Assembly (NCBI RefSeq): GCF_009914755.1
Contig: NC_060926.1
Direction: 5' to 3' (one strand)
Source of the DNA: the human T2T-CHM13v2.0 reference genome, Homo sapiens
Length of the DNA stretch: 64,000 nucleotides
Every line of letters begins with the position of its first letter. Position 1 is the first letter of the stretch. Below the pieces are notes generated by a model that was given only the letters and a program-made list of their open reading frames with translations, searched no databases and was not told where the DNA came from. A program made the translations under genes and the position numbers. Positions 1 to 12,668 of the stretch are shown piece by piece.

Positions 1-225
1 TGAGACAGAGACTTGTAATCAGAACTTGAGCAGGTAGTCAGAGTTGGCCTGGCAACATGGGTGACTTGATGCTGAATCCCATAGTATTGGGCTACAGCCC
101 CTTAAACCTCTTCTGTTCAAGTCGTATAATAGACAGTAGGATAAGTTCAGCTCATGGTTAGGACCATGAAGCCTTTGATGAGGGAAGAAGGGAACTGCAG
201 AAACTTGGAGCCAAGCGAGAACTAA
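1..225 (-). pseudogene. Decayed exon of candidate GREB1-family pseudogene (runs off left edge)
   Basis: Pyrimidine tract + CAG acceptor at 228-226. Reads FSLGSKFLQFPSSLIKGFMVLTMS*TYPTVYYTT*TEEV, resembling the recalled GREB1L segment [22 protein letters not shown]..NEV. In-frame stops present. Confidence 0.5.
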
Positions 226-591
226 CTGATGATGAAATAAAGGAAAGTCCTATTTCTGTACAGGACTTTTGAAATAAAACATCAAAAGAGAACATGTAAA
301 TAAAACTTAATGACATAAGGAAAATAACTGGACTCTTCTATGCTACTTCTAAGAAAGAGAAGACCTCTTAGTAAGGGGAAATATTTTTAGTGGGAGAAAG
401 AAATAATCAGATTTTTAAAACACACATTGTTTAGTTTTCCTTTACATATAATAAGGCAAGAAAGTAACTGTCAATAGAGAACATAATTAAGGACTCTTTT
501 TTAAAAATTCAGGAAGAATTAAGTTAGGATAAAGAAAGCTGCTTTCTCTTTCTAATACTGATTTAGCAACTGTTTGACATGAATTCCTCAC

Positions 592-1227
592 CTAGGAAGC
601 TGCTCAGCACATTTTTTCTCTTGACTCACTGCCTGACTCACCAGGGAGATAGGCTGTTTCCAATTCTGGACGTCACTGGGGTCTATCATTTAGCCCCACA
701 TATAATTGCTCAATTCCTGGGTCTAGGGTGGGGAATACTTTAAAGGATTCAATATATTGTAAGTGGAATTTAGAATTTGCCTTGTTGGCATAGACTTGGT
801 GTCTGACAAGCTCAGGATGACCACATATTAGTCCCTAACGCTGCCATGTTGGCTCAGTTTCTATCACTGCTCCAATCTCCGTTCCTTACTTAGTATTCCA
901 ATTCTTTATGGGATGGAGACTTATACCAAGACCTAGTCTTCCTAGCTGGGCATCTGATGCATTGTTAGCTCTGGATCTTGTCTCCTAAAAGACTGAATCC
1001 TGCTTTTTATACCCATAGCCTCCACCTAGCATTCTTCTTGGAAGGTAAATGATAACCCTAAAGCCATGGAAATGGTGCTTGCTTATCTTAGAGCACTGCT
1101 TACTGCTTGAATATTTGCCTAGAATAACACTGAGATTAGCACCATTACACCCTTGGACACTGAATGGAGCTGACTGAATAGTGATCCTGAAGGCCATCAG
1201 ACCAGAGTCTCCAGTCTCTTTCTTCAC
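592..1227 (-). pseudogene. Decayed 636-nt exon of candidate GREB1-family pseudogene
   Basis: Acceptor ccctgataccctag at 1230-1228 and donor AG|GTGAGG at 591-586. ORF 985..1227 SAPFSV..LSVILGKYSSSKQ..HHFHGFRVIIYLPRR resembles recalled GREB1/GREB1L RPFQL..LLSHVCSIADSSTQ../GHFSKVDFIIIVPRS. Later D*YVVIL resembles EQYVLKL/EKYVVRL. Stops and a frameshift present. Confidence 0.6.
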
Positions 1228-1254
1228 CTAGGGTATCAGGGAGGATCTCCATAA

Positions 1255-1495
1255 TGTGTTGCATGGAGGATAAAAGCAAAGATTTGGAACCTAACAGACG
1301 TAGGGTTGATCCTAGCTCTGTCACTTAATTTTAGATAAATTACTGAATGTTTCTAGACCTATTATCTCATCTGCAAAAATGAGGATAATGATTCCTATTC
1401 ACATAATAACTATGAAATTAAATGAGATAAATAATATAAAGCATTTACTACGGTGCCTGCATGTAAACGCTGCTTAAATCATTGCTATTTAGTTA
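1255..1495 (+). mobile_element. MIR SINE
   Basis: Degenerate MIR core (ctcatctgcaaaaatgaggataat...aaatgagataa); boundaries approximate. Confidence 0.7.
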
Positions 1496-1665
1496 TTAGC
1501 AAATGTAAGGGAAAAAAACTATATTAATTCATCCAACAAATGTTTAGTTGCCTATTTGCTGCCAATTATTGTATTGAGCTCTGGAGGTACAAAGGTGATG
1601 ACATGAAAAAGAATCAGTAAATAGACATCTTCAAAACAGTGTGCTGTGAATAGTGCAATGACATG

Positions 1666-2035
1666 TGTATTAGTCCATTTACACACTGTTATAAAGAACT
1701 ACCCAAGACTGGGTAATATATAAAGAAAAGAAATTTAATTGAGTCACAGTTCCACATGGCTGGGGAGGCCTCAGGAAACTTACAATCATGGCAGAAAAGA
1801 AAGCAGTCATGTTTTACATGGCAGCAGGCGAGAGAGGGCATGTGAAGGAGGAACTGTCAAACACGTATAAAACCATCAGATCTCATGAGAACTCACTCAC
1901 TATCATGAGAACAGCATGGGGGAAACTGCCCCCATGATCCAATCACCTCCCACCAGGTCGCTCCCTCGACACATGGGATTATGGGGATTACAATTTGGGA
2001 TGAGATTTGGGTGGGGACACAGCCAAACCATATCA
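1666..2035 (-). mobile_element. THE1 (THE1D-like) MaLR solo LTR
   Basis: Reverse complement of tgatatggtttggctgtgtcccc...actaataca; 5-bp TSD ACATG at 1661-1665 and 2036-2040; inserted in L2-like sequence. Confidence 0.9.
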
Positions 2036-2649
2036 ACATGTCAGCCCTGAGTGATACGGCTATACATATGAGGGGCATCTAAACCAGGAGAGACAATCCT
2101 GGAAGAGTATCCTAAAGAAAAGAGCTGATTAGGAGAAAAGAGGGATAAAAGGTGCTCCTGGCAGAGCATGAAAGAGCTTGACGCATTTGAGAAATTGCAA
2201 GTAGTCTATCAACATGGCTGGAATACAGACAGAGGACAGGGAGGTGAGTCAGAGCAGGAAGTGGAAATTAAGTAGGGGTTTCTCATCATGGCCCTTGTGG
2301 CTGGGCAAAGGAATGTAGGATCAGACCTGAGGGCTATGAGTAGCAGATGATGGGTTTTAAGCAGAGGAACAAAATGATCAGATTTGTGTTTTAGAAAAAA
2401 AAATCACTCCAAAGGCCTCATGAATAACATCATAGATTCAAATAACAGTGTAAAAAAAAAAAGGCAGAACTACCATGGTAGAAGCCTAAAAGTGTTTGAC
2501 AATTCCTCCTTCCTGTGCTACTCAAGAGGTATGCTCTCCTCTTCTTAATTTTGAAATGTAAATGTCATCACAGAATAATTTCAAAGACAATAGGATAATG
2601 AAAATAAAACATTTTTAGAATAAAAAGTCTTTCAGTTTGAGCTTCTTGA

Positions 2650-2800
2650 TTTTTTTTTTTAGAGACAGGGTCTCATTAAATTGCCCACACCAGAGTACAG
2701 TGTCTATTTGCAGGCACATTTATAGCACACTATTGCCACAAACTCCTGGGCTCAAGTGATCCTCTTGCCTCAGCCTCCTGTGTAGCTGGGACCACAGGCT
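2650..2800 (-). mobile_element. Old Alu monomer/partial
   Basis: T-tract followed by agagacagggtctc...ctcaagtgatcctc...gtagctgggaccacagg. Confidence 0.8.
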
Positions 2801-2858
2801 GAGCTTCTTGATTCTTTTTAAGAATAAAACTATACATTTTCCAAAATGATTGAAATGA

Positions 2859-3140
2859 GGCTGGGCATGGTGGCTCACACCTGTAGTCACAACCCTTTGG
2901 GAAGCTGAGGTGGGAGAGCTGCTTGAGGTCAGGAGTTCAAGACCAACGTGAGCAAAATAGCAAGATCCCATCTCTATTAAAAACAGTTTTTTAATTAGCC
3001 AGGTGTAGTGGCCCATACCCGTAATCCCAACACTCTGGGAGGCCCAGGTGGGAAGACTGCTTGAGCCTAGGAGTTCAAGATTATAGTGAGCTATGATTGT
3101 GCCATTGCACCTAAGCCCGGGTGACAGAGCAAGACTCTTT
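2859..3140 (+). mobile_element. AluJ-like element
   Basis: ggctgggcatggtggctcac...gtgacagagcaagactc, diverged. Confidence 0.85.
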
Positions 3141-3399
3141 TATTATTTTAATAAAATAATAAAATGAAATATCAGGATCCCTACATGTGCTCCCAAATCT
3201 ATGATCTTAATAGCTATACATGCATCCCCGATAGTCACAGGTCTGACTGAAAATGACTATGAATGGAAATTAATGTGAAATGTTTATTCTTTCCGGGACC
3301 AGGGTAAACCTATGTCTACACTGAACTCTATAAATATTATTGACAATTTATATCAAGAAATTTAAGAAATCTCAATTTTGTAAAATACTTAGTACTTAC

Positions 3400-3401
<2 letters not shown>

Positions 3402-3442
<41 letters not shown>
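3402..3442. repeat. (TG)n microsatellite
   Basis: About 20 perfect TG units. Confidence 0.95.
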
Positions 3443-3444
<2 letters not shown>

Positions 3445-4915
3445 CATATTGCCATTTTTAGAATGCAGGCAGGAAATTTAATTTTTAAGAAGTGATTATA
3501 AAAGAACTTAAGGAAACTGAATTATAATTAAAGACAACTATTGAATCATATATACAGATAAAATATTAGGTGAAAGATGTTAGATACTGGTTGTTGAAAC
3601 CTCTATTTTTCATGTGGTCAACCCGGCCATGTCATGCAAAAAAAGACATATTCCAGCCAAAGCCCCATTCTGAATTGCTCTCTTTCATGTTTGTACTTTG
3701 CCATTTCTCCTTTATTCCTTAAGGTTGGCTTCTACTTGTGTAGTAGACACTGAGGTCATCTCTTCAACATCTATTCCACCCCTCCCACAATGTACAGTAG
3801 CCATATGTTTTAAGGAATTGACCCCAGCAATGGAGACAGCCTCAGATAAGTCTGATTCAATCAAGAAAATCCTCTTTGCCTGTAACTGGTTTAGGAACCC
3901 ATGCTTAAACCAAGTAGCACATGGCATTCCCTTAGAAAAAGGCTGACTGACTTAGGAACAGATATGTAACAGTATCTAGGCCAATGAGCCATGTCAAAAA
4001 GACTGCTAAAGAAAAAGTTTCCTCACTCTTAAAAAGGGATGGCATTTTTCCCCTGCTGGCATGAACAAAGCACGTAGCTGTATTTGTTACTATCATCCTA
4101 TGACCACTAGGAAACCACCTTAGGATAAGCCTGATATTATCTTGGGTTCTTGATGACCTTGTTGAACTGCATTTCAGCCAAGCCCAAGGCCTATTCTACC
4201 TCTAGACTTCCAGTTGTGTGCACCACTACATTTCCTTACTGTTTAAGCCACCACTTTGAGTTGGGTTTTCGGTTACTTGCAGCTGAAAGCATTCTAAGTG
4301 ATGCAATTTCCTACCACTTTTGACTACCATCTTTGCTTCCAATCAGGTGCACCATTTGGCTTTCTTAGCTCTAGTCACCAGCACTCTTCTATCTAGTCAT
4401 TTATAGTAAACACTGTTTGTTTTCTACCCAATATTTATTCATAGCTTCTCCCACTAGACATTATCATGTAGGACAGGTTATATGAACCTTGTGTAGCCAA
4501 GAGAGAAGCTCACCTGAGGACAAAGTCAATATGCTGAAAATGACAACACAGAAAAGTGGAAAAAGCTCTGAGTCATTTAACTGCTGGAATACTCTACTTC
4601 CAGCCTTCTTATTATCTGATTAACAGAAATTCTCATTGTTTAATACAATTTGAGTTAGGGCATTCTGTTGTTTGTATTTGAAAATAACCTAAATGATAAA
4701 GAATTTGCTACCAGAATGTGGAATTCTGCAAATAACAACCCCAAAATTGTGGAGTTGGATGAGTGGAACAACAATGAGGATCCCACTGTTTTCACGCTGA
4801 GAGGATGGTCACTCTTGTTCTGTGGTTAATAACATTTCATTGAACTATCACTTTGTACCTGAGCACAGCCTTCTGAGATTCTAGTATTAGGGAAAATGGT
4901 AAGAATAAGAATGTT

Positions 4916-5050
4916 GAGCCAGGTGCAGTGGTGCACATCTATAATCCCAGCTACTTGAGAGGGTGAGGCAGGAGGATCACATGAGCCAAGGAGTTTGAAT
5001 CCAACCTGGGCAACATAGTGAGACCCTGTCTCAAAAAAAAAAAGAAAGAA

Positions 5051-5082
<32 letters not shown>

Positions 5083-5166
5083 GGGGGAAGAAAGAAAGAA
5101 AGAAAGACAGACAGAAAGAAGGAAAGAAAGAAAGAAAAGAAAGAAAGAAAGAGAAAGAAAGAAAAA
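4916..5166 (+). mobile_element. Alu monomer with expanded GA/GAAA-rich tail
   Basis: Alu-like 4916-5032, then A/GAAA/GA low-complexity tract to 5166. Confidence 0.8.
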
Positions 5167-5819
5167 CACTGGTGTGTACTGGCTATTTCTTAGGGCTTTC
5201 ACTAAAAACCCATAGTAAAGAAGGAAAGAAGGTCAAGAATCCTTGGCCTTCCAAAGTGCTGGAATTACAGGCATGAGCCACTGTGCCTGGCTGGGCATCT
5301 TTAAAGATAGTATGTGTGGCAGGATAGTATGTGTGGCATGAAACTTTACTAACCATGTATGATACTACTGGCTCTCTACTACACATCCATCTCCGATTAT
5401 TCCTTATTGAAAGAATCTTACTTTTGTTCAGGTACCCATTCCCTTCTATGTGTCCATGTGCATCAGGAGAGATTGGTCTCTCCAAAGAGGTAAATCCTGA
5501 CTGGTCTAGACCAATCATGATTCTCCCATTCCCCTTGCAAGTAATTGTTTTAGACATGGTTGTGCTGAGCAATGAGACGTGAGAAGGCTGCTAGAAGATT
5601 TCTGGTAAAGGTTTCTCTACTTTTTAAAAAAGATACAAGAGAGTTATAGCTTCTCTCTGTGTGCTGTAATTTATCATGTCAGGTTGTGATACATGGACCT
5701 GCTGCAGCTATCAGGTGAACATGAGGAGAGCCTTATACTAAGTACGAAGCTGACATGCTAAGAAGAGGAAAACAATGGAAAGAAACAGTGTTCTTCAGAC
5801 ATTTAATCAAGCAGTCTCG

Positions 5820-8490
5820 GAGCAGGAGGAGGTAGAGCAAGATGGTCAAATAGAAGCCTCCACCAATTGTCTGCTCTGTAGGAACAACAGATTGAACAAC
5901 TATCCACTTAAAAAGGCATCTTCATAAGAACCAAAAATCAGGTGAGCAATCACAGTACCTGGCTTTAACTTCATATCATTGAAAGGGGCACTGCAGAGTG
6001 TAAGACAGTCTTGAATTGCTGGTACTACCCCCTCCCCCATCCCCTGGCAGTGGCTGTGTGGCACAAAGAGATAATCTGTGTGCTTGGGAGAAGGAGGCCA
6101 CAGTGACTGTGAAACATTGCAATGGAACTCAGTGCTGCCCTGTCATAGTGGAAAGCAACATGGGGCAGAAGTCAGCCAGCCCACAGAGGGAGCAGCCCCA
6201 GCCAGAGGAGAGCAGCAGTAGCCAGAGGAGAATTAACCGAGTTCTTACTACCACAGGATAAAATGCTCTGGGATCCTAAATAAACTTGAAGGCAGTCTAG
6301 GCCGCAAGGACTCCAATTCCTAGGCAAGTCCTCGTGTTGTGCTGGGCTTGGAGCCAGTGGACTTGAGGGGCACAAGATCTAGTAAGACACCAACTGGGGT
6401 GGCCAAGGGAGTGTTTGCACCACCCCTCTCCCAACCCCAGGAAGCGCAGCTTGCAGCTCCAGGAAAGATTCTTTCCTTCTGCTTGAGAAAGGGAAAGGGA
6501 AGATTAAAGAGGACTTTGTCCTGCCACTTGGATACCAGCTCAGCCACAGAAGGAAAGGGCACTAGGCAGAGTCCTGAGGCTCCATTCCAGGCCCTATCTC
6601 CTGGACATGACTGGGCCAGAAGGGAACATGCTGCCTTGAAGCGAAGAAACCAAACTTCCAGGATTCATTACCTGTTAACTAAACAGATCTTGGACTCTGA
6701 ATAATCAGCAGCACTACCTAGGGAGTACTTGCCATGGGCCTTGGGTGAGACTCAGAGCTGTGCTGGCTTCAGGTGTAACCCAGAATATTCCCAGCTGCAG
6801 TTCCTACGAGGAGGACTCTTTCTGCTTGAGAAAGGGAGAGGAAAGAGTAAAGAGGACATTGTCTTGCAGCTTATGTATCAGCTCAGCCACTGTAGGACAG
6901 AGCACCAAGTGGCTCTTGGGGTTCCTGATTCTAGACCATGGCCCCTGGACGGCATTTCTGGACATACCCCAGGCCAGAGGGGAGCACACTACCCTGAAGG
7001 AAGAGTCCCAGGCCTGGCAGCATTCACCACAAACTGACCAAAGATTTTTAATCCATTCAGCCACTCTCTGTCTTTTGATTGGAGAGTTTAGTCTATTTAC
7101 ATTCAGTGTTTTGAGACTTGGTCTCAAAAAAATAAAGAAAAAGAAAAAAAAAGAAAAGAAAATATATATTCAGAGGAGACTAAAGAAAAAAGAATAAAGC
7201 ACACCTACAAAATCTAGAAAATAGGCTCAAAAGAACAAATCTAAGCGTTACTGGCCTTGAAGAAATAGAGAGAGAGGTAGGAATAGAAGGTTTACTCAAA
7301 GGAAAAATAACAGAGACTAACCCATACCTAGAGAAAGATATCAATACCAAGTACAAGAGGTTATAGAACACCAAGCAGATTTAACCTAAGGAAGACTAGC
7401 TCAAGGCATTTAATACTCAAACTGCCAAAGGTCAGGGGCAAAGAAAGGATCCTAAAAGCATCAAGAGAAAAGAAACAAATAACATACAATGGAGCTCCAA
7501 TATGTCTGGCAGAAGACTTTTCAGTGGAAACCTTACAGGCCAGGAGAGAGTGGCATGACATATTTAAAGTGCTGAAGGAAAAAAACTTTTACCCTAGAAT
7601 AATATACCTGGTGAAAATATCCTTCAAACATGAAGAATAACTAAAGACTTTCCCAGAACAATAAAAGCTGAGGGATTTCATCAACACAAGCCCTGTCCTA
7701 CAAGAAATGCTAAACTTCACTTAGAAAGAAAACAATGTCAATGAGTAATAAAAAATCATCTGAAGATACAAAACTCACTGGTAATTAAGTACACAGAAAA
7801 ACGCAGACTATTATAACACTGTAACTGTGGTGTGTAAACTACTCTTAAGTAGAAAGACTAAACAATGAACCAATCAAAAATAACTACAACAACTTTTCAA
7901 GACATAGTATGATAAAATATAAATAGAAACAACAAAATGTTAAAAAGCAGGGGGAAGAAGTTAAGGCATAGTCTTCATTAGTTTTCTTTTTGCTTGTTTG
8001 TTGGTTTGCTTATGCAAACAGTGTTGTTATCAGCTTAAAATAATGAATTATAAGATAGTATTTTCAGGCCTCATGGTAACCTCAAGCCAAAACACATATA
8101 ATGGATACACAAAAAATAAAAAACAAGAAACTAAATCATATCATGAGAGAAAAACACCTTTACTAATAGGAAGACAGGAAGGAAAGAAAAAAAGTAAAAG
8201 AAGACCACCAAACAACCAGAAAATAAATAAAAAATGGCAGTAGTAAGTCTTTACTTATTAATAATAACACTGAACGTAAATAGACTAAACTCTCCAATCA
8301 AAAGACAGAGAGTGGCTGAATGGATTAAAAATCAAGACCCAGTGATCCGTTGCCTCTAAGAAACACACTTCACCTAAAATGACACACAGAGGCTGAAAAT
8401 AAAGGAATGGAACAATATATTCCATGCCAATTAAAACAAACAAACAGATTCGGAGTAGCTATACTTATATCAAACAAAATAGATTTCAAG
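5820..8490 (+). mobile_element. Old L1 (L1PB/L1MA class): 5'UTR, partial ORF1, inter-ORF spacer and start of ORF2; internally deleted
   Basis: L1 5' start (gagcaagatggtcaaatagaagcc), repeated 5'UTR units, ORF1 3' half (gcagaagacttttcagtggaaaccttacaggccagg), ORF2 start ATG 8234 (..TLNVNRLNSPIKRQRVAEWIK..). Confidence 0.9.
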
Positions 8491-9114
8491 AATTACTTAT
8501 TTTGAATTTTGGTAGGTTATCAGTGTTCCTACATCTAAGATTTATTCATGATCTGAAATACTTTAAAAGTGAGCAAATGTGTGTTTCTTACCTTTGCTTA
8601 ATTACCATACCTACTAAGAATGTTTCACACTTTAGAGTCTGCCAATACAACTAATAGTTTTCTGTTCCTGGAATTTTCCCTATTACGTATGTCAACTACA
8701 TTTCTGAAAAGCTATGTTGTTCAAAGTGAACAGTAAAGTCCAAGAAATCTAGCCTATGAAGAAATTAGGAAGGATCACCAATATCTTGTTAGTTGTTGAA
8801 TTCAGGGGGAAAAACTGAATATAAAGGAGAGTGAACCATAGAAGATAATTGGTATTCTAGAAACAGACTTAGATTTGGAAGTGACCTCAACTATTATCAA
8901 CTTATAAATGAGATAACTGAAGCTTACTGAGATTCAGTGATTTGCCCAAGATCTCAGAGTTAGTGGCAGTTTTTGGAATATACCAAAGTAGCCTTGACTT
9001 CAGTCTTTCCTTAACACTAGCCCTGATGGAGACAACCACTCAATAGTAGCCTCAATGGTTTGTACCAACATCAGAGTCTTTTCTCAAGGGATATAATTCT
9101 AGGGTGATGTAGGC

Positions 9115-9318
9115 AAGACATCTGCAAACATTTCTGTAAAGGCTTAGATAGTAAATATTTTAGGTCTCATGGGCCACAAAAAGTCTTTGTCTCATATTCT
9201 TCTTTTTTAAATTCGTAACCCTTCACAAATATAAAAACCATTTTTAGCTTGAGTTCCTGTTAAGAAATAGGCTGAAAGGCCAGATTTATCCCCTAGGCTA
9301 GTAGTTTTTCAATACCTG
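9115..9318. mobile_element. MER58-like hAT DNA transposon
   Basis: gcaaacatttctgtaaagg..gatagtaaatattttagg....gtagttt pattern. Confidence 0.65.
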
Positions 9319-9509
9319 TTATATGTCAGAGAGTGTTGGTCAGTAAAGTTTTCATTAGCCCAGCAAAATGAAAAAAATAAGGGCAATGTAATGAACTCAA
9401 TTCGTTCAGTATAAAGGACTATCCTCTGTTCTGAAATCATGCCCTTCCTCCATTGTGGGGGATGGAGAAGCATTAAAATGTTCTCTTTTGTATGCAATTG
9501 TGATGACAT
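9319..9509 (-). pseudogene. Decayed exon of candidate GREB1-family pseudogene
   Basis: ORF 9309..9509 LLHPPQWRK..LYTERIEFITLPLFFSFC resembles recalled GREB1 LLTPAEYQKEVNYELVTGKVDSLGAFFSTLC. Acceptor appears mutated (tgtctat); abutted by MER58. Confidence 0.6.
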
Positions 9510-10303
9510 AGACAGTAAGATTTTGCTTGTTCTGTTTTTTATGTTCTTCCTTGGTTAAAAAAAAGTATTGGTCTATATAACTAATTGAAAATTACACATA
9601 TATTATTATTCCCTGAAATCTCAACATCTAAGAGTCTTTGTGAATATTCACTGATCCCAAATAAGGCATCTTAGGCTTTTAGAATGTATCCAAATAGGAT
9701 TCACAACTGAATGGCAACATATAACTTAATTCTAAAAAAAAACCCAATGGAATTCTGGCAATTATTTCAGAACCACTGAGAAACTTTTGAGTTCCTTTTA
9801 TTGTGTGATAAAATGTTACTTTGTATAGTGAGTAACGGAGCTCCGTACAGCTGCATTTCTGGTTCTTGCACAGTGGAAGTAGCCTTTCTTCAGACCTGTC
9901 TCTCCTATTATGATGTCACATAAGAAAAGTGATTGTAAATTATTTAAAGACAGAGACCATGTTTTTTCCATGTTTCTATATTCCCACAGCATCAAGCATA
10001 GTAAGGAGAGTTGTATTTTTTTCTAATTAAATAAATAAATGAACAAAATAAAACAATCAAAAGTTCAGAAGTATGTTGGAAAGATTACTGCCCATAGCAG
10101 ATATGAATCTGGGGAATATAACTCCAGGGTTAAATATGTGGGTCCCCTAGGCAGAGTACTAATTTGGCATTTTTTAAAGCGATATCTAAAAAATAAATGC
10201 TCAACATTTACTTATAGGTAACACTAAGTGCTTCTTGGAAAACAGTGCACCTATTACCACATAGCAAATTACCCTAAAATTCAGCAATTTAAAATAGCAA
10301 ACA

Positions 10304-10605
10304 GGCCAGGCATCATGGCTCACGCCTGTAATCCAAGCACTTTGGGAGGGCTGAGGTGGGAGGACTGCTTGAGCCCAGGAGTTCAAGGCCAGCCTGGGCA
10401 ACAGAGAGAAACCCCATCTCTGCAAAAAACTTAAAAATTAGCCAGGCATGGTGGTGTGTGCCTGTAGTCCCAGCTACTCCGGAGGCTGAGGTGGGAGGAT
10501 CACTTGAGTCCGGCAGGTCAAGGATGCAGAGAGCCGGGATTAGACCATTATACTCAGCCTGGACTACAGAGTATGCCCATGTTTTGAAATAAATAAATAC
10601 ATAAA
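10304..10605 (+). mobile_element. AluJ-like element
   Basis: Full dimer with A-rich tail. Confidence 0.9.
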
Positions 10606-10845
10606 AATAAAACAACAAACATTTATTCTTTAGCAATTTCTGTAGGTCAAGAATTGATGAGCATCTTAGCTGGGTGGCTGGTTCCAGCTCAGGATCTCTC
10701 ATAACTTTGCAGTCAATCTGTCAGCTGGGGCAGGAATCATATGAAGGTTTGCCTCAGGTTAAAAAATACATTTCCAAGATGGCTCAAAGAAATCAGTTCC
10801 TCACCCATGTGAGCCCCTCCATAGTGCTCCTTTAGTGTCTCATGA

Positions 10846-11341
10846 TGTGTCTGGAGTGGGTTCCTGCCAGTGGGTTCGTGGTCTCGCTGACTTCAAGAAT
10901 GAAACCGTGGACCTTCACTGTGAGTGTTACAGCTCTTAAAGGTGGTAGGGAGGCAAAGAGTGAGGAGCAGCAAGATTTATCATGAAGAGCAAAAGAACAA
11001 AGCTCCCACAGCATGGAAGGTGGACCCAGCGGGTTCCTGCTGTTGGCTGGGGTGGCCAGCTTCTATTCCCTTATTTGTCCCCGCCCATGTTCCATTTCTG
11101 TCCTATCAGAATGCCCTTTTTTCACTCCTCCCTGCGATTGGCTACTTTTAGAATCCTGCTGATTGGTGCATTTTACAGAACACTGATTGGTGCGTTTTAC
11201 AGAGTGCTGATTGGTGCATTTTACAAACCTCTGGTAAGACAGGAAAGTTCCTGATTGGTGCGTTTTACAATCCTCCTGCAAGACAGGAAAGTTCCCCAAG
11301 TTCCCACCCTACCCAGAAAGTCCAGCTGGCCTCACCTCTCA
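10846..11341 (-). mobile_element. LTR12 (ERV9; LTR12F-sized) solo LTR
   Basis: Revcomp tgagaggtga...ccagacaca; tandem ctgattggtgcattttaca units; 4-bp TSD ATGA at 10842-10845 and 11342-11345. Confidence 0.9.
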
Positions 11342-11696
11342 ATGACATGGTAGCTAGCTTCCCACAAAGCAAGCGATCCAAGAGAAGGAGCAAGGAGGAA
11401 GTCACATTGTCTTTTAGGACTTAGTCTTAGAAGTCACACATTGTCACTTATGCCATATTCTATCTGTAAGTAGCAAGTCATGCAGTCCATAAAGTCAAGC
11501 AAGGGAAAGCAAGTCCATAAAGTCAAGAGGAAGGTTAGTAAGCACCACCTCTTCAAGAAAGGTTATCAAAGAATTTGTGGACACATTTTAACCACAACAA
11601 ATAGCAAAGAACATGCACATTGCATCTCCTCTATTTTTTCTGAATGATTTAGCTTTAACCTCAAACTTGTATATTCTAACATCATCATTCAAAGTA

Positions 11697-11810
11697 GGCT
11701 GGGTATGGTGGCTCACGCCTGTAGTCCCAGCACTTTGGAAGGCCAACGTGGGCAGATCACTTGCATCCAGGAGTTTGAGACCAGCCTGGGCAACATTATG
11801 ATACCCTCTC

Positions 11811-11864
<54 letters not shown>
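11697..11864 (+). mobile_element. Alu left monomer (FLAM-like) with A50 tail
   Basis: Monomer 11697-11813, pure poly(A) 11815-11864. Confidence 0.85.
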
Positions 11865-11866
<2 letters not shown>

Positions 11867-12452
11867 TTTATTATTCTCAGCATGCCCTATGGGAAGGAGG
11901 TCCCACTCACCAGCCTCAAGTAGTTTACCAAAATATTTCTTTTAACCCATAGATACCAAACACCATTTACACTATTTTCTCCATATAACAATATTTCCAG
12001 TGATATTTCAGTCTCATGATAAGGTTTACAGATGCCACAAGGTATAGTACTGTCCTAAAGAACTACCTTGCTGGATTTTTTCTAGCTGTGACTGAAAGTA
12101 AAAAAATTGTGAAGAATTTTGGACTGAATTTCTTAAAGGAACATTTCCTACAGATGATGATTTTTTTAATTGCATAGAATTCACAACATCTCACCTAAGA
12201 ATTTTGCTGCATTGTACCTAGTCTGGCAAATGAATTAGGAAATTGTCTATATTATTGTTAGTCTATATAGTACAGCTTTAAAAAAAAAGACACATAGAGA
12301 TGTATTATGTTTCTTCCAGCTAAAAGAGAAACAGCAAGAGTTCTGAAGAATTCTAATTCTTAGATTTCTTTAGGACATTTTAAACTGATTATTAGAAGTA
12401 GGCTTGGGACATTACTCTACACATATAGCTTGGGGCATTACTCAAACTCTAC

Positions 12453-12668
12453 CCATCTGAAACACTGCACCTGTTCAAGGAGTGAACCCTTTTTACATTG
12501 TAATAACACAAAAAGTTCAAGGTTTTCATTTTGTAGTGAGCTCCTTTATAGCATTTCTAGAGACCCTGACATTTCACAGGCCCAAACAAGCTATATATGG
12601 AGTAACACAGACACCTCATATAGGTGATCAGAGGAACACATGCCTGCCCACCAGCATTTGTTTTCAAT
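12453..12668 (-). pseudogene. Decayed exon of candidate GREB1-family pseudogene
   Basis: TAG acceptor 12671-12669. Reads IENKCWWAGMCSSDHLYEVSVLLHI*LVWACEMSGSLEML*RSSLQNENLELFVLLQCKK, resembling recalled GREB1/GREB1L QLPWLA.L.AS..D.VHV....SLAEG.SE....L...YVVIIC. Confidence 0.5.

Larger units (their letters stand above)
10230..11596 (-). mobile_element. MLT1 (F/G-like) MaLR LTR, host of nested Alu and LTR12
   Basis: Ends aaagaatttgtggacacattttaaccaca (revcomp of MLT1 5' end); sequence is continuous across both insertions. Confidence 0.7.

Noticed and set aside
3590-3927. Minus-strand ORF between GREB1-like remnants
   Set aside because: Partly overlaps LTR-like sequence; no recognisable homology or clear splice sites.
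6470-7040. Diverged ~340-bp tandem duplication
   Set aside because: Consistent with the repeated 5'UTR units of old L1 families; not locus-specific.
6016-8654. ORFs of 64-150 aa
   Set aside because: Fragments of a decayed L1; ORF1 and ORF2 are deleted, frameshifted and truncated.
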